From positions 18,590 to 58,666 of the forward strand of contig JANLGA010000001.1 in the NCBI GenBank assembly GCA_024653225.1: a stretch of 40,077 nucleotides of DNA, given 5' to 3'. Within the stretch, counting starts at the first letter, position 1. Each line of letters begins with the position of its first letter. Made by a program: the position numbers and the translations under genes. Shown piece by piece: positions 35,434 through 40,077 of the stretch. This DNA comes from Bacillota bacterium. GTDB taxonomy: Bacteria; Bacillota; Sulfobacillia; JABLXB01. The notes beneath the pieces were generated by a model. It was given only the letters and a program-made list of their open reading frames with translations, was not told where the DNA came from and did no database searches.

Positions 35434-36474
35434 TTGGGGCGGATACCGGCCGGCGAAGCCTTCCCGGCGAGAATCAGGGGCGTGACCATGGTGGCGGCGG
35501 CCGCCGCGATCTGGGGTTCGATCGGGGTGACCGGCAAGGTGTTATTCTCCCGGGGCCTGGACGCGGGGCTGGTGTCATCCGCGAGGGTGCTCCTCGCGTT
35601 CCTCATGATGGCCTCCGCCATGCTCTGTTCGAGGCGCGACCTGCTCAGGATCGGGTTCCGCGACGCCCTGTTGTTCCTCTGCTTCGGGGTGTTCGGCACG
35701 GGCGCCTACACCCTGCTCTACATGCTCGCAATAGAGAAGACCACCGCGTCGCTCGCCGTCGTGCTTCTGTACACGGCGCCGTTCTTCGCGATCCTGGTCT
35801 CCCGCGTGGTGTTCGGTGAACCCCTGACCCGCGCCAAGGGCGTCGGCCTGTTGCTCGCCGCCGCCGGGGTCGCAATGTGCGTCGGGGGCCGCACGTTTTC
35901 TCTCACTCGCGCGGACCTGCACGGGATCGCGTGCGGCCTGGGCTCCGGATTGGCCTACGGGCTATTCGGGGTGTTCGGCAAGATCGGCTTGAAGCGGCAC
36001 GACTACCGGACGGTCGTGACTTATTCGCTGGGGTTCGCCGCGGTCTTCCTCGCTGCGTTCAGGCCGCCCTGGGCGGTGCCGGCGGTGACCCGCGACCCGA
36101 GGGCGTGGGCGGCGCTCCTCTACCTGGCCGCAGGACCGACGGTGCTGTCGTACTGTCTCTACCATGTCGGGCTCCAGTCGGTCGAAGCGGGCGTGGCGAG
36201 CATAGTGGCCACGGTCGAGGTCGTCGTCGCGCTGTTGTTCGGTAGGGTCCTCCTCGGCGAAAGGATGTCCCCGGTCCAGCTCCTCGGCGCCGCGGCGGTC
36301 ATGGCGGCGGTCGCGTCAGTCCAGCCGGGTGGTTCCTCCGGCCGGCCGGCGTTGCAGGGATCCGTGTTTCGTCAGCAGAATTCTGGCACGGCATGCCGGC
36401 GGCCTTCGGACTGTCGAGCCGAATGGTCGCACGGTTCAAAGTCGAGGGAGAGAAGGGGAGGAGATCATGGCTGA
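35434..36474 (+). CDS. EamA/DMT-superfamily transporter (10 TM) with a low-complexity C-terminal tail
   Basis: Two EamA halves, AAAAIWGSIGVTGKVLF... and ...LYLAAGPTVLSYCLYHVGLQ. The last ~55 aa are Gly/Arg/Ser-rich and may not be functional. The start is uncertain (TTG 35434 or ATG 35488). Confidence 0.8.
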   Translation: MGRIPAGEAFPARIRGVTMVAAAAAIWGSIGVTGKVLFSRGLDAGLVSSARVLLAFLMMASAMLCSRRDLLRIGFRDALLFLCFGVFGTGAYTLLYMLAIEKTTASLAVVLLYTAPFFAILVSRVVFGEPLTRAKGVGLLLAAAGVAMCVGGRTFSLTRADLHGIACGLGSGLAYGLFGVFGKIGLKRHDYRTVVTYSLGFAAVFLAAFRPPWAVPAVTRDPRAWAALLYLAAGPTVLSYCLYHVGLQSVEAGVASIVATVEVVVALLFGRVLLGERMSPVQLLGAAAVMAAVASVQPGGSSGRPALQGSVFRQQNSGTACRRPSDCRAEWSHGSKSRERRGGDHG

Positions 36475-37747
36475 CCTGAGGGAGCGTCTCCGCATAGATT
36501 CCAGGGAGCTCGGGGCCATCAACGACCTGCTCACCGACCCGAACAACAGGGCGGTCTCCGCGATACTGGACGTCGTCGCCAAGTACGGCACGCCGGACGA
36601 GATAAACCGTAAGGCCCGCGAGGCGAGGAAACTCGAGAATCTGCTGGGCAGGCTGAAGAAGATGGATTCCCCGTACCTCGCGGACGTCGAGTGGCTGATC
36701 GAACAGCGGGATTCCGGCGCGTTCATAACGGTCACCCAGTATAGGAAGAAGGTGCTCGGCGACAGGGCCGTCGGGATGAAGTTCAAGGACGATTTCGCTG
36801 TCACGCTGGAGATAAGCGCCGCCCAGTATTTCCCGTGGATCAGGCTGGAGGCCGAGCAGTCCATAGCGAACGGCGAGCTGATGCCCGCCCGCTTCATCAG
36901 GGTGCGGAAAATGAAAGAACAGGAGAAAGACGACGGCGACATCGTGGCGTTCGCGGCGGCCATGCAGGTGATGGGGGCCAGCTACGTCGAGACCCTCGAC
37001 ACCAAGGGAACGGACGGCTCGAATGTCCACCTCGGCGGCCCCGCGACGATCACGGGGTACTTCGGCGGCATAGGGGAGCCCAACGACTACGCGTTGAAGT
37101 GGATAGACGAATACCTATACTACTACACCAACTACGGCGTCAGGCAGGTGCTCAATACTAACCCCGGGACCGTCTTGCTGAGCTACATCATCTACAAGCT
37201 GGGCATTGACAACGAGTTCAAGATCTCGGTGTTCATGGGGAACGACAATCCGTACGCCGCGCTGTGGACCCTCATAGGGGCCAAGATGTTCTCCCGGCCG
37301 GACGGAACTACGCCGCTCGTGGGGTTCAATTGGAGCAATTCGATAAACAACGAGACCATGGAAATCACCGCCGAGCTTCGGAAGGCGCTCGGCTTCGAGA
37401 ACGAGATCCGGTTCGAACATCACATCACGGAGGCGTACAGGAGCATCGTGCGGCAGCCCTACGACAGGAGGGCCGAGCTGGTGGCCGTCGCCGACCACGT
37501 GAAGAACATCTCGGCGAAGCACGAGGGCGGCGACGTGAAGACGGAGATGGAGATCGAGGCGCAGGGCGGCCACTGCTCCGACATACTGGACTACTTCAGG
37601 GACAAGTCGGAGATCATCGCCAGCGGCGACTGGGACGCAGTGACCCGCAACTACCTGGACAAACATGCGGCCGTGAACAACACCGCACGGGCCCTGACGG
37701 AACACGGGCTCTCGTTCCTGGCGGCCCCCAACCTTCACCACAGGTAG
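36467..37747 (+). CDS. Conserved-looking hypothetical protein, 426 aa, family not recognised
   Basis: A strong SD, GGGGAGGAG, lies 5 nt before the ATG at 36467, and the start overlaps the EamA stop. The composition is normal and globular, rich in Y/N/K/F/W in a GC-rich genome. The gene has its own terminator. It is the only frame here without Arg/Pro bias. Confidence 0.75.
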   Translation: MADLRERLRIDSRELGAINDLLTDPNNRAVSAILDVVAKYGTPDEINRKAREARKLENLLGRLKKMDSPYLADVEWLIEQRDSGAFITVTQYRKKVLGDRAVGMKFKDDFAVTLEISAAQYFPWIRLEAEQSIANGELMPARFIRVRKMKEQEKDDGDIVAFAAAMQVMGASYVETLDTKGTDGSNVHLGGPATITGYFGGIGEPNDYALKWIDEYLYYYTNYGVRQVLNTNPGTVLLSYIIYKLGIDNEFKISVFMGNDNPYAALWTLIGAKMFSRPDGTTPLVGFNWSNSINNETMEITAELRKALGFENEIRFEHHITEAYRSIVRQPYDRRAELVAVADHVKNISAKHEGGDVKTEMEIEAQGGHCSDILDYFRDKSEIIASGDWDAVTRNYLDKHAAVNNTARALTEHGLSFLAAPNLHHR

Positions 37748-37765
37748 CACGGGATCGTGGGATCC

Positions 37766-37805
37766 GCGCGGGCGGCCGGCATCCGGCGCCCGCGCTCATT
37801 TTCCT
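37766..37805 (+). terminator. Rho-independent terminator of the 426-aa gene
   Basis: GCGCGGGCGGCCGG-CAU-CCGGCGCCCGCGC followed by UCAUUUUCCUC. Confidence 0.8.
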
Positions 37806-37894
37806 CGGGACAGGCACGCGCGGGCGCGGCTGAAATATAATTTAAAGCTGCACTCCCGACTCACGCCACAACCGCCGTCAGGAGGTGACTCCCA

Positions 37895-38236
37895 GTGGTG
37901 GGGCTGCTATCCCTCTTGGAGCAGTCGCTTTGCAGGTGCCTCGGATTCGCCGCTTCGTACGTGAACGCTTCGAACACGTTTCCCCAGCCGCTGTCGGAAA
38001 GAGAGGAAGCCATGTACCTCGACCTCTTGGACAGGGGCGACAGGCACGCGCGCAACGTGCTCATCGAGCGCAACCTCCGCCTGGTCGCCCACATCGTGAA
38101 AAAGTTCGACGGGAGCGTCGAAGACCCCGAGGACTTGATATCCATCGGCACCGTCGGCCTCATCAAGGCGATCGGGACCTTCAACCAGAAGAAGGGAACC
38201 CGGCTGGCAACCTATGCCGCGCGGTGCATCGAGAAC
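37895..38236 (+). pseudogene. sigK: 5' fragment of the sporulation sigma factor pro-sigma-K gene (pro-peptide plus regions 1.2-2.4 only)
   Basis: GTG start with GGAGG 9 nt upstream. [114 protein letters not shown] is colinear with pro-SigK. After codon 114 the ORF reads on to 38440 without sigma-factor similarity, and regions 3-4 are absent from the window. Confidence 0.85.
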
Positions 38237-38282
38237 GACGTGTCGGGTATAAGTGCCCGGCGGAAGCGGTTTCCAGATCGTG

Positions 38283-38312
38283 TTGACCTTTCCTCGGGGG
38301 CCGATGTATACT
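38283..38312 (+). promoter_or_regulatory. SigA-type promoter of pckA
   Basis: TTGACC (38283-38288), an 18-nt spacer, then TATACT (38307-38312). It lies ~35 nt upstream of the first in-frame ATG of pckA. Confidence 0.6.
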
Positions 38313-38346
38313 CTGAACAGCCCGAGCGGTTTCACGAGTTCTCGTC

Positions 38347-39930
38347 ATGGGATGTGATTCGATGGGCTCGCTTGGCCAGGTTTGCCGCCCCGATCCGCTT
38401 CGTCACCGACTCTCCCGCCTGGGATGCGGCCACCTCATAGTGAACCCGTCTCCCGCCGAGCTCCGGGATATGGCCCGCAAGGACGAAATCACCACCTGCT
38501 ACGGCAGCGCTTGCTACATCACCAAGGTCAGGAACAGGAGCGCCAAGCAGTCATACATCGTCTCCGGCCAAGTCCCGGTGGGCGTGAGACAACCGGTCAT
38601 AGAAGCCGAGACGGCGGCGGGTGTGGTCGGGCGCGTCCATTCGTACCTCTCGGACAAGACGGTGATACGGCTCGACAGGTCGCTTTGCGCGAACCCCGAG
38701 GCGCGCATCAACTGTCGCCTGTATATAACCGCGGAGTACGCGAGGATCCCATACATGTGGCACGATACCCTGTTCCCGGCGCCCGCCGTCGGGTCACCCG
38801 ACGTGGTATCGGTGTACGTGCCCGAATGGCCGGAGCGCATGATACTGATCTACCCCGCGGACCGGGTCACCTACATACTGGGGACCGACTACTTCGGCGA
38901 ATGCAAGAAGTCTTTCCTCAGGATGGCAATGTACATCGCCAAGCAGCGGGGTTGGCTTGGGTTCCACGCGGGCTCGAAGGTCGTCCGGGTGGAGGACGGG
39001 GACGGCTCGACCCGGGAAGTCGGATTCATAATGTTCGGGCTCAGTGGCACCGGCAAGACGACCCTCACCATGCACGATCACGGCCTGGCGTACCCCGAGG
39101 GTGTCGCGATACGCCAGGACGACGTCGTGCTCATGAGGAGCGACGGGTACTGCTACGGTACGGAAAACGGGTTCTTCTTCAAGACGGAAGGACTCGAGCC
39201 GTCCCAAACCGTGCTGTGGAACGCCGCGACGAGGGCCGATGCCATACTCGAGAACGTGAAAGTCGGGGAGGACGGGTCAGTCGATTTCCTCGATTGCTCG
39301 CTCACTTCGAACGGCCGCGGCGTGGTGGCCAGGGCCAACGTTGCCCACACCGACGGCACCTGCGACCTCCGGAGGGCCGACAAGATCGTGTTCATCACCA
39401 GGCGGAACGACATCGTGCCGCCCGTGGCGAAGCTCGACCCCGAGCGGGCCGCGGCGTTCTTCATGTTGGGGGAGTCAATTGAGACCTCGGCCGGCGACCC
39501 GTCGCGGGCCGGGCAGTCCAAGCGCGAAGTGGGCACCAATCCATTCATAGTGGGTCCGGAGCACGAGGAGGGCAACACGCTCCTCGAGTTCCTGCGCGCC
39601 TCGCCGCAGATAGAGTCGTTCCTGCTGAATACCGGGGCGGTGGGCGAGAACACGGGTTTCAAGGGTCGCAAGATAACCGTCGGCGACTCCACACACATCA
39701 TGCTGCAGATCGCCAGGGGCGGGATCGCCTGGAAGAGGGACCCCGATTGGGGGTACCTGGTGCCGGAGGCCGTCGAGGGGATGGACGCGGAGGCGTACGA
39801 TCCGAGGAGGTACTACTCGGCGGCCGAGTACCGCGACAGGACGGAGAAACTCCGGAAGGAGAGGATCGCGTGGCTCGCGCAGTTCCCGGGCCTCAGGAGC
39901 GAGATCGTCCGTTCCATCGAGTGCCGCTAG
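38347..39930 (+). CDS. pckA: Phosphoenolpyruvate carboxykinase (ATP)-like
   Basis: [13 protein letters not shown] aligns with the conserved N-terminal NPS/NLS..EL block of ATP-PEPCKs. RSAKQSYIV resembles RSPKDKFIV. The P-loop [12 protein letters not shown] is present, as are [17 protein letters not shown] and FMLGES. The central region is divergent. The start is uncertain (ATG 38347 or 38362, less likely GTG 38440 or ATG 38470). Confidence 0.8.
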   Translation: MGCDSMGSLGQVCRPDPLRHRLSRLGCGHLIVNPSPAELRDMARKDEITTCYGSACYITKVRNRSAKQSYIVSGQVPVGVRQPVIEAETAAGVVGRVHSYLSDKTVIRLDRSLCANPEARINCRLYITAEYARIPYMWHDTLFPAPAVGSPDVVSVYVPEWPERMILIYPADRVTYILGTDYFGECKKSFLRMAMYIAKQRGWLGFHAGSKVVRVEDGDGSTREVGFIMFGLSGTGKTTLTMHDHGLAYPEGVAIRQDDVVLMRSDGYCYGTENGFFFKTEGLEPSQTVLWNAATRADAILENVKVGEDGSVDFLDCSLTSNGRGVVARANVAHTDGTCDLRRADKIVFITRRNDIVPPVAKLDPERAAAFFMLGESIETSAGDPSRAGQSKREVGTNPFIVGPEHEEGNTLLEFLRASPQIESFLLNTGAVGENTGFKGRKITVGDSTHIMLQIARGGIAWKRDPDWGYLVPEAVEGMDAEAYDPRRYYSAAEYRDRTEKLRKERIAWLAQFPGLRSEIVRSIECR

Positions 39931-39966
39931 CCGTCGTCGTTTTCGCACCCGCGCGCGGCGAATAAG

Positions 39967-39995
39967 AATCACCCCGAGAGGGGTGATTTCGTTTG
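39967..39995 (+). terminator. Rho-independent terminator of pckA
   Basis: AAUCACCCC-GAGA-GGGGUGAUU followed by UCGUUUG. Confidence 0.8.
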
Positions 39996-40077
39996 TCCCA
40001 CGGGAAGGATCGGCCGCCCGAACCGCGGGGCCGGCGGATGCGCCTGGAAGTGGAGCCCGGCGATCCGGGGCCCGGCG

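Noticed and set aside
36384-36400. A sigma-54 promoter-like TGGCACGGCATGCC upstream of the 426-aa gene.
   Set aside because: The -24 TGGCAC is good, but the GC of the -12 element is 1-2 nt too close, and sigma-54 requires strict GG-N10-GC spacing. The sequence also lies inside the EamA ORF and is part of a GGCATGCC palindrome.
37831-37848. An AT-rich island, GAAATATAATTTAAAG, containing a perfect TATAAT (37836-37841), as the sigK promoter.
   Set aside because: There is no acceptable -35 at 16-18 nt. sigK is expected to be driven by sigma-E or sigma-K type promoters, whose consensus I cannot match confidently here. I left it uncalled.
38237-38440. The 68-codon tail of the sigK ORF ([17 protein letters not shown]...), considered as a genuine novel C-terminal domain.
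   Set aside because: It shows no sigma-factor similarity. It contains a good promoter (38283-38312) and overlaps the pckA N-terminal coding region, whose IVNPSPAEL block matches PEPCK. The tail is most likely non-coding read-through.
1-40077. A scan for CRISPR arrays, tRNA or rRNA genes, IS elements, integrases or recombinases, toxin-antitoxin pairs, restriction-modification systems and other defence modules.
   Set aside because: No spaced direct-repeat arrays, no tRNA-like T-arm (GGTTCGAATCC-type) sequences, and no transposase, integrase or nuclease-like ORFs were seen. The window is core-genome-like, and I do not want to invent a system.

Overview
This is a very GC-rich chromosomal window. 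Third codon positions are almost all G/C, so all six frames carry long spurious ORFs. Gene content suggests a high-GC member of the Bacillota with SLH/S-layer proteins and sporulation genes (Symbiobacterium, Thermaerobacter or Limnochordia-like); that taxon call is inference only.

Contents, in order:
1. The last 5.3 kb of a giant beta-helix surface protein with an SLH anchor.
2. An eight-gene, translationally coupled branched-chain amino-acid string, leuA-leuC-leuD-leuB-ilvD-ilvB-ilvH-ilvC, on the minus strand (5408-14731), with a structured leader.
3. Divergent alaS with a near-consensus promoter and a textbook T-box leader. It is followed by the Firmicutes-type ireB / ruvX / DUF1292 / mltG neighbourhood, here interrupted by a rhomboid protease, a fructose-1,6-bisphosphate aldolase/phosphatase and an AKR-ferredoxin fusion.
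4. An epimerase, an orphan lipoprotein solute-binding protein, a QueG-like Fe-S protein, and a second SLH protein built from tandem ~70-aa repeats.
5. Aminotransferase-birA-bioY, with a BirA-operator-like inverted repeat over the bioY promoter.
6. murJ, a class B PBP, an EamA transporter and a 426-aa protein I cannot place.
7. Only the first 114 codons of pro-sigma-K, directly abutting the promoter and coding region of pckA.

I saw no rRNA, tRNA, CRISPR array, transposase, integrase, toxin-antitoxin pair or recognisable defence system, and I cannot honestly point to a clear novel multi-gene system.

The observations most worth a second look:
- The broken or split sigK at ~38237.
- The attenuator-like leuA leader, which is not a T-box, next to an orphan T-box-like element on the other strand.
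- A 1-nt frameshift in leuD (~11659).
- An ilvH tail that runs 116 nt into ilvC.
- Short direct repeats at the junctions of genes inserted into the alaS-mltG cluster.
- Two unusual SLH proteins.
- The unassigned 426-aa protein.

All coordinates were derived by hand. Start codons of several genes remain uncertain.
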